Below, piece by piece: positions 1-14,420 of a stretch of 64,000 nucleotides of DNA. How positions within the stretch are numbered: the first letter of the stretch is position 1; every line of letters begins with the position of its first letter. Made by a program: the position numbers and the translations under genes. The DNA comes from Cenococcum geophilum (Eukaryota): NCBI GenBank assembly GCA_050273025.1, contig CP158635.1, forward strand, positions 32,860,001 to 32,924,000. The letters are read 5' to 3'. The notes under the pieces are model-generated. The model was not told where the DNA came from. It saw only the letters and a program-made list of their open reading frames with translations, and did not search any database.

Positions 1-10
1 AATAATTACG

Positions 11-70
11 CTAAACCTAAAATTCTAACAAAAGTGCTATAAAGCACTTTTGTTGGAATTTTAGGTTTAG
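11..70. repeat. 28-bp inverted repeat (hairpin) with 4-nt loop
   Basis: ctaaacctaaaattctaacaaaagtgct (11-38), loop ataa, agcacttttgttggaattttaggtttag (43-70); one transition mismatch. Confidence 0.95.
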
Positions 71-1423
71 TCTCCTTTAGCTCCTTACCCTATAATATTC
101 CACCCTTTAGCCCCTTTTACGATTCTTAGTAAGCCTTTAGCTTAATTAGTTAATTTATATAATATATAAAGCTAATTAGATCCTTTCCGTTATATAAAGG
201 CATTATAACACTTTGCCTAAAGAACCTAAACTATATAATTTGTGGCGATTTCTTCCTTAGGGAGCTAAAGAGTAGGACGCCTTAATAGATCTAAGGATAC
301 TATTTAAAAGAAAGACCTAATATATAGAGCTGATTTCCGCTCTATTATGCTAGGGATATATAATTGCCTTTATCGTCCGCTCTACTGGTTGCCTTAACGT
401 GTCTTTTATATCTTCCATTTGTTATTACCCTACTTTACTATTTTTACCGCTCCTTTTAACCTATTCCCTAGTTTGTTCTATTTCCGCTAACCATTTACAG
501 CCGCTCTTTACTCTTTAATATGAATGCTTATTCAACTATTAGCTTGCTTATTAAAGCCGCAACTTACTAAATTACGCCAACCATCAGTTTTTTAATGCGT
601 TGTACTTAGCTACCTCTTATATTAATTATTGGCACTTTAATAGCCGCTTATAGTTAGGATTAAGATTTTAAATACAGTGCATTAATTACTAAGCTTTATT
701 AACGACCGAGTACCCCACGATCTATTAAGGTGGATTTAAAAAAGGCGTCTTCTATTACTAGGATTAGTTAGTCTATAAAGAGCTTATAAAGCTAAGAAAC
801 GGCATCTTTAAAGTTAAATAATTCTAAGCGTTCTGGTACCGGTCTATTGTCTAATCAAATCACTACGGGCCTAAATGACTAGTAAAGGGCATTAGGGGGT
901 CTGGTAAATCCTATACGCATATAATACTAACAAGTCCCCTAAACACTTAATAATATAATATTAAGTGAAATTCTTAGCACTTGCCTAGATAAGAGGACTG
1001 CGATAATACTCTCTTATAGCATAATTTAATCGTTCCCTAAGTCTCTATAGGATTTTCTTAGTCTTCTTTATAGAAGAACTAGAGAGCGAGAAGTATAGGA
1101 TATTATCTATATATCTACGTTTTCTAAGTTAATGCATAATCGCTCTAAGGTATTATTGTTCTAAGTATATTTAATATCTTTTATATTATATCTGTTCTAA
1201 TCTAATTATAGACTATAATTTAGGCGAATCTCTAAAACTTATAGAACTATATTAAAGAGAAAGGTGTGCAGAATGCTTTTTTATGGAAGCTATATTAACC
1301 TATTAATATTATAAACCTTTAATAGTAGTTATTTATATCTAGCTTAGAGTTAAGATTTCGGTATATAATTAAAATTAATCCTCTAGTGTTTAAATAAATC
1401 CACTCGCATTATAATATGAATTT

Positions 1424-2621
1424 ACGTAGAAGTCTAGGCCGGCTCGTGTACGGTACTAGCTTATATACGGTTTTCCTTACCAAAATCTACCCAAATACAC
1501 CTGTTTCTACTACCTATAACTTAATAACCTTCTAATATAATTTTATGTAAAAAATATATTTAAAATATTAAAAATTTATATTAAAAATAAGGTTAAAAAA
1601 GTACTTTTTTAATAAAAACTTAAATTATTAATAATAAAATTAATCGACTTATTATACAGCTATATAATATATTTTTTATATAATTATTATATAAATAAGT
1701 TTTTTTTATATAATTATTATATAAATAAGTTTTTTTTATACTTATTGACTTTATTAACTATATATTTAAATAAATAATATTAATATTTAATAAAGTTTCT
1801 ATTTAAACTTTTATATTAAAACCGAAGCTATAATATTATAATATTATATTTTAATATACTTTATTATGGCTATAATAAGTAATAAAAAATATAATTTGGT
1901 TTATTATTATATTATATTTTAAAAAAATTATTCTTATTAAAATATTTAGTAAAAAAAATAAAACTTTTATTAAATATTATATAATTATATAGTTTTTATA
2001 CTATAAATTGTTTAATTTATTATATAATAGTTATTTATAATTAATAAAAAATTATCATTCTATTATTCTATTATTAAATTTATATAAAATTAAAAGTTTA
2101 AAAAGGAATAAAAAAATTTAATATATATATATATAATAAAGGTATTAACTATTTATATTATTAACTATTTTTAATATTTTTACTATATAATAATATATTA
2201 TATAAAAAAAAGTTAAAAATAAACTTATTATTATAAAAACTTTTTTTAGTAATCTATTACATTTTTAATCTATAATTTTATAATCTATATTACTATTATA
2301 GCTAAAGTAACTTTGTATATATATTATATAATACTAAAATATTAAGATATTGCGTTTTTATATTTAGTTTTATATTTAGTTATTTAATTATTTAACTATA
2401 TAAGATTTTTATTAAAATATTAAAAAGTCTAATAACTTTATAAATATATAATATTTTTTAAAAATTATTTTGCATTATTATATTATATAGCTGTAAGTAT
2501 AATATATATAAATTTTAAGTTATTATATAAAGGGGCTAAAAAGTTATTATAATTTTGGTGGGGTAAAAAAGCGTACACAAGGTGGGACCGTGCATAAGCC
2601 GATTAAAACGCTTATATACGT
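1424..2621. mobile_element. Degenerate TIR DNA transposon relic (probably pogo/Fot1-like)
   Basis: Both ends read ACGT and carry imperfect inverted termini: cggctcgtgtacggtactagcttatatacggtttt...ccaaaat versus the reverse complement of 2552-2602. The interior is extremely AT-rich with sharp compositional edges. No transposase motif is readable. Confidence 0.65.
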
Positions 2622-3989
2622 CTGAAATTCTTAAAATTGCAGCGCTTGTATATTAAAGGGGAGTTATACTAGTAGCGTTATTGCATTTATCAGCCGCCTA
2701 GTACTCTATTAAATAGATATATTCCGCTAAATATCCTCCTAATTACTACTAACGCTTCTATTATACCTCTTATAGTTTTAATATAAGATATACTTTAATT
2801 AATCACTCTAGCAATACGATCTATTACCATTATTTTTAATATTAATAAAATCTATTAATCTAGATAATGAAGTTTACTTTACGGATATTTCTAATAAGTT
2901 AAGGAGAGCAACCAGTCTAGTGTCTAGCGAGGGTTTTACCAATAATAGTTAATCTAGAGCTACTAGCACCAATTACCCGCTTAATATTAATTAACTTAGC
3001 TCTCTAAAAACCACCCAGACTATTAGTTTACACTATTAGCCTTTCCCTAATAAGACTTTACTAATACTTTACAAAGTGTAACTTAACTAGCCCTTACACA
3101 AATAACGAGCCCTTAGCATCCATATATAAGTCTTAGTTAATTAAGCAACAATTTAAGTTAATAAATACAACTTTTAAGGATGGTAATAATTGGGACAGTA
3201 TTTTGCCTAAGCTTAATAGATTAATATTAGGTTATAAGCAGAAATATTATAGCCTTTTTTTTAATACTAGAGTAAGTGGTAAATAGATAAAAGAAGATAA
3301 AGCTATTATATACTATTTAAGGCAGGAGCGGTTTCTATTTATAAATATTGCTAGATAGATGCCGTATTCGCTAGCTTAAATTTTAGAGATATACCTAACT
3401 ATATATATTTTATACCTTATCCTACTAAGGCTATATATTACTTACATTTACTAGGTTAAGTAATACGTAGAATCGCTTATAACACTATAACTTAAATATA
3501 AAGTTTTGGCGTATATTACTAGTTAGTTTCTTTTCTTAGATGTAACTTCTAATAGCTTTACTAATATTTTTTAAAGATTATTATTGTAAATAAAGCCTTA
3601 TAGGAGCTAAAGCCTAAAATAAACATATAGACAGCTAATAAAGATAAAACCCTTATAGAGCTAGGTCACTAGGTATTACTTATAGTTTTATTATAAAATA
3701 ATATTATAAAAGCCCTGCTAGGGAGAATACTGGGTGCATATTAGCGCTATTATAGCAATATTCTTCGCGCTAAAGAGCTAGTATAAATAGTTAAGGAAGA
3801 GAATCTCCTTATAGAATTGCGTAATAAGAAATTTCTATTATAGAAATAGATTAAGACATATTTTCCAAACAGGCACTATTAATTAATTAAGGAATTCTAT
3901 AAAAAGAGCGAGCTAAATAGTTAGGCGTAACGTCCTCTAAATATATAGCTAGGATCTTAACGGATTTAGTAGCTATAGCTTTAGTCCTA

Positions 3990-4661
3990 TAAGCTAGGAG
4001 GTTATAGAAGCTAGGGGCTTATAGGAGCTAGGGGATCCTATAAGCTAGGTAATTATATAAGTAGGGTAATCTGACCTAGCGCCCTCTAATTAATACCTAG
4101 TATATAAATAGGGTATTAATAGGTTTAATAACTTCGCGGCTTTAATTTTATAAGCTAGGTAATCATATAAGCTAAATGCTCGTAAGAGCTAGCCGATCCT
4201 ATAAGCTAGGTAATTATGCAAGTATAGTGCTTATAGGAGCTAGGCAATTCTATAAGCTAGGTAATTATATAAGCTAGGCAATTATATAAACTAGGTAATT
4301 ATATAAGTTAGATGCTTATAGGAGCTAGCTAATCCTATAAGCTAGATAATTATACAAGCTAGGTAACTATATAAGTATAGTGCTTATAAAAGCTAGGCAA
4401 TTCTGCGAGCTAGGTAATTGTACAAGCTAGGCGATCTTACGAACTAGGTGATTATACAAGCTAGGTAATTATGCGAGCTAGGCAATTATACGAACTAGGT
4501 AATTATACAAGCTAGGTAATTATATAAGCTAGGTAATTATATAAACTAGGTAATTATGCAAGCTAGGTAATTATATAAGTAGAGTAATTATATAAGTAGA
4601 GTAATTATATAAGTAGGGTGATCTAACCTAGCGCCCTCTATTAACGCCTAGTATGTAAATA
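3990..4661. repeat. 17-bp minisatellite array (consensus about aagctaggtaattatat/c)
   Basis: Dozens of degenerate head-to-tail units. A roughly 45-bp cap (gtagggtaatctgacctagcgccctcta...) occurs at about 4061-4110 and again at about 4613-4661. Confidence 0.9.
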
Positions 4662-7600
4662 AGAAGTAAATATTAGGAAAATACTAGAACTATAAAAAAA
4701 AGAAATATATAAGTCCCAGATCTAGAAATATTAAAGAAGTTCCTATATAAAGACCCCTTATATATACTTGGAGAAGTTCCTATATAAATAGCCCTATAAG
4801 CGTAGCTATAAGTCTAAGCCCCCTTATATAACCTAACTACTCCTCCCTACTATACTAGAATAGATAAGCAACCGCTATATACTATAAGTAGATTTAAATA
4901 AAAAGAAAACACTATAGAATAAGTTATACCCCGCTTATACTTACCGCAACTTACTAAAAAGAAATTTAAAGATAAGGAAATTTAGAGAAAATAAAAAAAT
5001 TAATATAATAGGATGGCTATATAAGTGCTAGTAGGACTATATAAGAGGAAAAGAATATTATAGGAACTAGACATTTAAAGGAAGACTTTAAGAACGCTAT
5101 AAGTATTATAAAGAGTTGTATAAGAACTGCGTTATAGTAGAGAAATGTAATAGTACTAGCTATAAGGGGAAGTGTTGCTTTTATAGAAGCTAGGATAAAG
5201 AAATAGTAAAAATAGCTAGAAACGAAGCCCCTAGTCGCCCTATAACGCAAAAAAAAAGCCTTTTTTTACTCCCTTAAAACCAACTCTGTCTAAAAAGACG
5301 TAAGCTAAGGATACTCTACTTAGGAGACTAGTCCTTAACCCCCCTAACGCTATAAGCAGCTCCTATTAGGCCTCTCTATACCCTAAAGAAGTTATAATAA
5401 ATACTAAAGAAAAGGAGGAGGTAGTAGTAGAGAAAGCAGCCCCCTTAGGGAAGAAGGCTCCCCCTACTTTCCCTACTTAAGTAGCCTAGACAATTATATA
5501 GGAAGAGCCTATCCCCGCTAAGATAAGTAATAGGAAGAAGGGATAGGTAGGCCCTAAGTAGTCCGCCCTACTAAGGTTACTATTAACCATTTATAGGAAT
5601 AAGGAAAAAATACACCTTAGGAGGAAAGCAGTACTTAAGACGTTTATAAAACGTCTTACTAACGACTTCTAAAATATAGAAAGGCTAACCTAACTATCCC
5701 TAGGAGGGACGATAAGAAGAGTTTTTATAATAGTCTCGGACGCGATAAACTAGATAGCCCCTAGCGAGGAAATAAGCTAAATTACTAGAAAAAAGTGCGA
5801 GAATAAAGGGGGTACGGCCCCCTTAGAACCGACTAATAAAGGGATAACTTGGCCCTAATAATGTTAGATAGGTAAGGCCTAATAATAGGGTAAGGCCCCT
5901 TAAGACGCGGACCTAGTAACTAAGGTAGGAGGGCCCGCTAGTTAGAAAGGTAAGGCTAAGTAGAAGGAAGACCTAGTTATATAGGTTAGACCCCTATAGA
6001 TATAGGTCTTAAAGAAGGACTTTAGACTACAAAACTAAGAGGAAGAGAAGAAGGCGGTTAGGGGGGTCCTAATAAAAGGGATGACAAGATAAGACCTAAG
6101 GGTCTTCTTAAGATATAGCGGATAAAGACTAGATAAGGTGGTTATAAAGTATACCGTTAGAGCTTACTTAATAGAGGAAGAAAATAAAGGGTTTATAAGA
6201 GCTAACTAAACTAGAAACGCCATTATACTACTAATTAGGATAAAATAAGATATTATAAACCTTATAAATAAATAAGAGGAAATTAAATAAGCTATAAAGG
6301 TAGGTAATAATAGAGTCTAGTAAGAAATAGAATAAGTTTGTCTTTTAAGGGGTAATAAGACTAAGGATAGTTAATGGGAATTAGGCGTCCCTAAACGAAG
6401 CGGATATTAGGTTTAAAATCGCTAAAAACTAAGGAAATATAGATTTAAAAAAGATCCTACTAATCTAGCTAGTAGGGTATAAAGAGAAATGCAACGTTAT
6501 TATCTTTATAGGAGAAGACGATAAGATTAAAAGATCTACTACTATGTTTAGAGATAGAGTGGGAGCAGTAAAGGTTACCGATAAAGTAGGGCTAAGGTTT
6601 TATAGGAACTATAAAATATATTATATAGGCCTATATAGGAAAGAAAATAAGTATAGGAACTGCGGTAAGGTAGAATACGGAGAATGTAAGAAAAAGCCTA
6701 AATACGCGGCGTGCCTTTAAGACTATAAGAGTAACGACCTAAAATGCCCCCTAAGACCTAGGAGGGTAGGTAACTAGTAGTTATACTTAAATAAGTGGAT
6801 TATTTAGGCTAAGAGGAAATAGACTAGAGCTGACCTTAAAGTAAAGTCTAAGAGGGAAAAAGTAAAAAAGATAGAAAAAGCCGATTTTAAGGGAAATAAG
6901 GTAAGTAAAGGAAAAGGGCTAGCTAAATAGAATTAAACCTCCTTAGTAATAATATGGCTAGATTAAGGCAAATATAGGCGGCGTTTCTAGTATAGGCGGT
7001 AGATAGGAAAGTAGATATAATTCTAATTTAGGAACTAGTGGTTCTCTAAGACTAAAATAAAGTCTTTACTATTTCCCTAGACGGATATAACCTATTTAGC
7101 CCATTGGAAGACTAGGAGAAAGAAAGACTAAAAGTAGTAACTTTTATAAAGATAGGCCTAAGGGTAAAGGCTTTAAAGAGACTTATAAAAGACGTAATAG
7201 GTGTAAAAGTAGAAGGTATTAAGGTCTTTAACATATACGTATACGCAGAAGAAAAGGACGACGGATAGATAGCTTAGGTAGTAAGAGGCATCCTAATAAG
7301 GGGAAGGGACGTCCTAGTTATAGGGGACTTTAATAAATCCTTTAAGTAGAACAGAGGAAGGGCCTATAGGGCGATTAAGCTAAATAAGTGGGTAGTAGAG
7401 CTTAGCTTACTAAATAACGAAGAGGTCCTAATAAGGGGAGGCGTAACGCTGGACTTTATTTTTAATAATATTCTAGAGGCGATCGGAGACCTTAATAAGA
7501 TATAGTTTAGCTTAGATTATAGGGTTATATAGGCTTAGACGGCGCTCCTTAAAAGAAAGTTATTTAGGATAAGAACGAAAATAAATATTAAAAAGTATAA

Positions 7601-10600
7601 AGAATAGTAGATATAAGAGGGGGAGTCCCTAATAAAGTGGACGGAGAACCTTGTAGAGGTCGTTAAGGCGAACTTAGAGGTAAAAAGGTTAGCTATTAAA
7701 GAGACGCCCTAGTGAAATAAGGACCTAATAGAAGTAGTTAGAAAAGTATAAGAGAGAGGCCTTAAAGGGGATTTTAAAGGAAGAGCTAAGAAAAGGAAAG
7801 CTCTAAGGAATAAGGTTAAAAGGGTAAGAGTAACCTTTTAGACTAAGGCGGTTTAGAACGCGAGATCCGACTAGGATATTTATAAACTCACAAAATAGAG
7901 GAACTAGTATTAGAATAATACGCTAAAACAATTAATAGGATATAAAGAGAAGATAAAGGAAATATAGGTTATTATAATTATAGAGACCTTAGTAAAACTA
8001 GAAGCTCTAATAGTTATAGAGTTAGAGGTAAACGACTAGACTAAGTTAGGGAAGGTAAGACCCCTAGCTAAGTAAACCAACTTAAATAAAAAGGTAGTAT
8101 TGGTTGCGTTTCTAAAAGCAAAGAATAGAGCATTAGGATAAGATAAGGTTATAACGGACCTATTTAGGGAGCTAGAGCTAAATATATATAAGGTAACCCA
8201 CCTTATTAATAAGGACTTAAGGAAGGGGAAGGTAACCCTAAAGGAAGCTAAACTAGTTTTTATACCTAAATAAGGCAGGAATATAAGCACGGTAAAAGGC
8301 TAAAGGCTAATTACACTCCTTTTAGTAACCGGTAAGGGACTAGAAAGGGCACTAATAAAGTAGCTAAAAAAAACCAGACTTAAGAGAGGATAGTTTAGGG
8401 AAAACTAAGTAGGAGGAATTCTGGGGAGGTCCATAATAAATATAGCCCTTAAGATACTAGCCGACCTAAAGATAAAATAGGAAGGTAAGAACAGCTATAA
8501 GACCTAAAAGACGCTAGTGTATATAAATATTAAAAGAGCCTTTAATACAGCTAAAAAGGACTTTATATATAAGATCCTTAGAGATAAAAAGGTCCCTAAT
8601 AATATTATTTAGTTAGTGGTTAACTTTATAAGCGATAGGACAGTTTACCCTAGGAGAGGTTAGGTAAGAGGGAGGAGCATCTACCTAGATAACGGCTTTC
8701 CTTAGGGGTCGCCAATATCGCCAGTGCTGTTTAGCCTACTACTTAGCCTAGTAATAGTGGGATAGAGGTTAAGATACTTATACGTAGACGACGTAGCCCT
8801 AGTAGTATACGGCGCTACGCTTAAAGAGTCCCTAAAGAACGTAGAAACTAAGGCCAATAAGCTTATAGCTAAAGTTAGACGACTAGGCCTAAAGATTAAG
8901 CTATTAAAAATAGAAGTAATAATATATTATAGGACGCGGATAAAAAGCCCTATAGGGGAAGAGATTGTTATAGTAGGATATATAGTAAAGATAAGCTAGG
9001 AGGTTAAGTACTTAGAAATCGTCTTAGATAATAAGCTAAGCTTTACGGCCTATATAGCGAGGAGAATGGTAGTAGGATAGGGTATGGCTAGACTTATTAG
9101 GAATCTAATAACTAAGATAGGACTAAAGACGGAGGCCATAGTTAAGATTATTAAGATAATACTTATCCCCTCCCTAGTCTATAGATTTAAGGTATAATTA
9201 AAAGAAAGCCTAGATAAGAAAGGAAAGGAAAGGGCCTAGAGATAGTCGGCTTTAGTAAAGGAATTAAAGAAACCGCTTAAAGTATATAAATGTTTTACCC
9301 TTAGCGCGGATAAAAGCGTTTTATTAAAAGTCCTAGACTAAGAGACGGGAATTCTAAAGATAAAGGATATCCTTAAGAATATAAGGGATAAGGCCTCCCT
9401 TAGGCTAAATAGGGTTGCTATAGATTACCTAACCGTTTAAAGAAAGGCGAAAGCCGCTAGAATATATAAATTAAGGAACTATATAATAGAAGACATAGAG
9501 GCCCTATAAAGTAGGAAAGCTAAATACTTACTAGTCTAGGTAAGAAGGTTAGAGGAAGACTAGTTTAAAAAGAGCTTCCTTAGATAAACCCCTAGGTTAA
9601 GGTAAATTTTTATATCTATTAAAGAACAGGAAGCCTACTATTAGGTTAGAGACTAGCGGTCTATAATAGTAGCTAAAGGTATAGTTTATATAGGACCCTA
9701 TAATACTAATACGGATACTAGCTTAAGGGTAATATACCTAGCTTATAGGGTTAAAGGAGAAGTAAGGAATAGATAGGTACGGTTTTATATAGATAGTAAG
9801 GAGTTAGGGAGAGAGCTAAGCAGGCCTAGGACGCTAAGGATATTATATAAAAATGCTATAAAGTTAAGAGGCCTAAACCCCAAGGTATATAAGTTCTTTT
9901 TACTAGATAGATACCCTAAGTATATAAGTATAAAACGGGAGGAACTATATATAAAAGAAGAGATAGTAATCCTAGAAGGAGGATTAAACATATAGCTAGA
10001 AAGACTATACAAAGAACGGAAAAAGAAGAGGTTAGGAGTAGGATAGGAAGTAGGCGAAACCCCCTTAGACTATAGAGAGATATAAAAAGTAGAAGGGGGA
10101 AGGATCCCTAAACTAAAAGGTAAAAGAAACCTAGTTAGATATATGCTGTCGGAAAGAATAAAGATAGGCAGATTAAATATATATAGGGAACGCCAAAAAA
10201 AGGAGGGTATAAAGTGCGTATGCAGTAAAGCTAGAGAAAGAGGTCACTACTTAAAGTATAAAAAGTTTAATAGTAAAAGCCTAGTAGAACTTACGCCTAA
10301 GGGTATAAAAGGGCTCCTAGGACTATAGATAGTAAGAAAAGGCGCAAATAAGTTTATAGAATGGCTTACGTAAATAGGATACTATAAAGGGTGGGATAAA
10401 GGCGTTGTTTTAAACCGTAAGGCTAGAACAGCTAAAGAAGAAAGAGAGGAGAGGGCGATAACTGTAGAGATAGCTACTCTACTATACTATATAAACAGAC
10501 TATAAAGCCCTAAAAAAAATTGGGAACAGGCTTTTAAAGCCGAGACTTATAGCTAAATAAGCCGACAGATAGTCTAAAAAAATTTTACTTACTTACTTAC

Positions 10601-10606
10601 CTACTT
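4662..10606 (+). mobile_element. LINE (non-LTR retrotransposon, Tad-like), near full length, RIP-inactivated
   Basis: ORF1 remnant with Cys/His knuckles at about 6600-6750. ORF2 shows APE motifs VDIILI(Q)E (~7011), VLVIGDFN (~7311) and TLDFIF (~7446), RT motifs GFP(Q)GSPISPVLF (~8694) and YVDDV (~8779), and a C-terminal CxC...H..C (~10215). (TACT)n tail at 10585-10606. The 5' end is uncertain and no TSD was found. Confidence 0.9.
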
Positions 10607-13600
10607 ATTGCTTTTAAGGTAGTAAATAAATTTATCTAAGTAAAAGTATAGATTATCGCGAATGCTTTATAGCTTGCTATAAGTCAAGCGGGTAAAGACT
10701 CTAGTGGGAATAGTAAAATATTATTTTATTTCGCGATAGGCTAAACAAAAAGAGGCTAAAGTTTTAACCCTTTTACTAGCTTTTATTAGAACTCTTCTTT
10801 ATATTTTTATCCTTTACTTATAGATTTAAAATTATAAAGTTAAGGCCACTGTATCTAATCGTCGCCTATATAGCCTTGTCGCTTAACACCTCTTTACCAC
10901 CATCTGCCCCTATTTCTTAATCTTTAGTACTAAAACCATTTTCTTCGCCGTATAATGTCTTTGCGTCCCATTCTTAATCCTTATTACTAAAGTTACTTTT
11001 ATAACTAGTTTACGCCTCTAGGTTACTATTATTATCTTTAAAGTCAGTTTCTTTATTTATAAATGCCTACCTAGTAGCTAGTAATTAGTAATTTAGGGAT
11101 AGTATACTTATAGGTACTTAAGGGTTGCAGGATACTACTTAAGGAGTTATAGTTAATACTATTAGGATATAGAATATATCTATAGACCTCTAAGTACTGG
11201 CTACTTAGCGCCTTAAGTAAAAGATCTCCCCTAACGTAAGGCAGATTAATAAGAGTTAATTACCGCCCGTATAAGGCGGAGCGCTTATAAAGGGCTTAGT
11301 TAGAATGCCAATTAAACCACCCTATAGGTACTAATAGCTCCTTTACTATAGATAGGGGGTTAATATATAAGATTAACTAGCTAGGATAAGTTTACTACTT
11401 AGGCAGTATCTTGCCCTGGAAAGGATAGGCGTTAGAAGTAAATTATATAATACTATTTCTGCTAAAAGAGGCGTTATTAGGGGTTATTATTAACTTCTAA
11501 TTTTAGTTTATAACTTTATACAAACGCTTCTAAACCCTGCTAAGGTATACAGCGTCTATTAGGGATCGTTAGCCATTTAAGTTTAGCAGTAGCTTAGCCA
11601 ATAGCTACCTCTAACAATGCCTTACTTATAGATCACTCTAAGCGTCTACAATCTCGGGCGCAGATAATATATAAGCTAAGAGTAATTATAGCCACTAAAT
11701 ATTATACTATAGACATCACATAAAGTAGAAATGGGCGGCTGGTATACTCCGCCTTTCCCTTTTACCTTTTATTCTGACTCTACCCTAGAAGAGAAATGGC
11801 ATATAAATATTATACTCCTAGTTTTTATATGCCATTAATTTGACTTACCTTTAAATTTGACCTCTTAACTATATATCCCTTACTATCCTTATAAGAATAT
11901 CAGACATTATATATATTACCTTAACTAAATTTAAATACGTTGCTAATATAACCTATAGGTCCTCAATTAGTAAAAAAATTACTATATACTACTGTCCTGG
12001 AGATAACATATCTAATTATTAACCTACTAGAAACCCCAAATCCTAAAATTGTATCAACAATAAAGATATGGCATCTGCTAGTAGGGAGAAGAAATAATTG
12101 CAGCTTTCTAACCCTATATAGAAATAGATACCTTATACGCCTATTTAAATACCTAATAAGGCCAATTCTTATAAAAATAATAATAATACGAAGGGTAATA
12201 TATAAGAGGATACGGTTTAGGGAGGTGTATAAAAAATATACCTTAATTATTTCAGGAACTTAGAAGGCCACGGCGAAGTTAAAATAGGCTTACCTAAGCC
12301 AATAAAGGACTATAGCGAGGCTAAGATAGACTCGCCTTAACCGGCGGATATAGTTGCGGTTTCTAAACACGTTTTGCTGGTAACTTAAGGTATATTTATA
12401 AGACCCCTATATTTATTTAGCAATACTAATAAGTAAGTAGGAAATAGCTTAGTTAATCTTATAATGTTTCTTAGAATTGCATCTCCCCTATTAAAAGTAT
12501 TAACGATTTCCAATGCTATAATTTCGCGTAGACAACTAAAGTATCTCATCTTATAGTTACCTTCTTATTTTATAATAAAGGACTTAAGACGTCTCTAAAG
12601 CTCTAGTTATAAATCATTTATATCTACATTCGGCCCTATCGCAGTAATATGCTAGTATCCTACCTAGATTTTAGTCGTAGATATGCCACTAAATAGACTT
12701 ACATTATACTATACTGAGAATCCCCATCTCTTTTGCCGTTATACTAAGATATATAAACTACTTAAAGGTGTTATAATAGAGATAGCTAAGAGGAGCAAAC
12801 CGTATAAGCAAGGAGATTAACTAGGAAAGGCATTAGAGGATTTATTAGAAGAGATATTAAGGAGAAGGGTACGTAAGAGAAGGGTGGATTCTACTATAGA
12901 TAAAGATCCTAAGAGGTCTAAGATATAAGAAATTTCTTATAAGGCGTTAATTAGGATTTCCTTAGCTTAGTGTTTTATTTCTATTTAGTTACTTCTATAT
13001 TAAGAATATCTTATTATTATTTACATATAAAGGAACAAGTTTTTACATATTGGATTAAAGTTAAGAGACTTACTTATAGTAAGCTTAGTAAGTTCTCTAC
13101 CTTTATATACTTAGCAGTAATAAGTTAGCCAGCCTATAATTTATTTAGTCCTTTATAAAGAAAAGACTCGTTATAAAATATAAAGTTATTCTAATTAGAT
13201 TAGATTAGGTTAGTAAGCCTATAGGCCTTCTTAGTACCCTATAGCGTAAGAATAAAACTAAATCAAACTAAATAAAAAGACTTATCACTTTCTAATCGGA
13301 TATCTTAAAATTAGCCTTTATTAGCCTATCCTTTTTAACCTAATTAAAATATACTAGCGTTTTCTTAACTAGTACAGGATAGAACTTTTCCTTTAAAGCA
13401 TTTCCCTTTCTTTATAACTCTGTTAACCTAAAGGACTTAAAAATTAAAAGATAATTTGGCCTATCTAGTTCTAGTATAGTTATATTATAGAAGGAATAGA
13501 GTAAAGTAGAATAAAATAGATACGATTAATATATTAACATCTAGCTTACACTATACTATTTTATAAGCTATATATTAGCCAGGGATTAGCTAAGGTTATT

Positions 13601-13699
13601 ATAATAATATAATCCTCATTTTATTTTATTTTATTTTATCTTATTAGCCTTCTAAATATAAGCTATACAGCAATCTTATAGCTAAGGTACGCACGCAGA

Positions 13700-14420
13700 A
13701 AATATACCTTATTTCGCTACTATATATCCTACAGCACCCATCTTATATACTATATAAATAATATAAACTGGTAATTAGTATATAGGCTATAAGACGCATC
13801 GCAGACGAAACGGCATATGCCCTATAACTTAACTCCCTCCTACTTATTAATATAAGACGTGTATTTAGCTCCTATATATAACTAAGACCAAATTAGGCCC
13901 CGGCATATAGCCCCGTATTTTAAGTCTATTACTTAGCTTAGAGTTAGGAGGATATTAGTATAATCTAGCACTCTAGTACTTACCAGCTCAGCTATCTAAA
14001 CGCCTTTATACCTACAATAGCCCGCTAATAAATTTTTTTATAGGCAATTAGCGTTCCATTCTCGTTTTCTAAGTTATTTAAAGCCTCTAATTTTAGACCT
14101 ACGCATACTTTCGCACGAATCTCTTCGCTCTTTAACATTTTAGTCTTTTAATTTATCTGGGTTAAGGTTAAGGATACGGCATATAGTTAATTAAAGATAG
14201 TTATATGCTCGGCTTTAAGAACACTCCCCTAGCATTTCTAATATCTATAAAATCGTGTCCCTAGTAATATGTTCCGTGTATAATATATAAAACGATTACC
14301 AGCCTTTATATATAAGTTTTTATAGCTTTATATATTGCAGCTAATTTAGCTTCTAATGCTAAAATAAAGTAAAATTAGCAATAACTGGAAGAAGGAATTC
14401 GAGAGACAATGCGATATTAT
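13700..14420 (-). pseudogene. Unknown protein pseudogene, paralog of 61600-62200
   Basis: The reverse complement of about 13835-14112 aligns by eye with 61851-62130 (KVCVGLKLEALNNLENENGTLIAY versus KVYISLKSEALINLESKNGTLITY). Ends are approximate. Confidence 0.55.

Noticed and set aside
519..3960. Possible gene split by the DNA-transposon relic
   Set aside because: Protein-like frames exist but I recognised no motif, so strand, limits and product cannot be supported.
3990..4661. CRISPR-like array
   Set aside because: Units are contiguous with no unique spacers, there are no cas genes, and the context is eukaryotic.
5017..10012. Minus-strand ORF-track ORFs (5017-5250, 8036-8290, 9785-10012) as genes
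   Set aside because: They are antisense shadows of the RIPped LINE.
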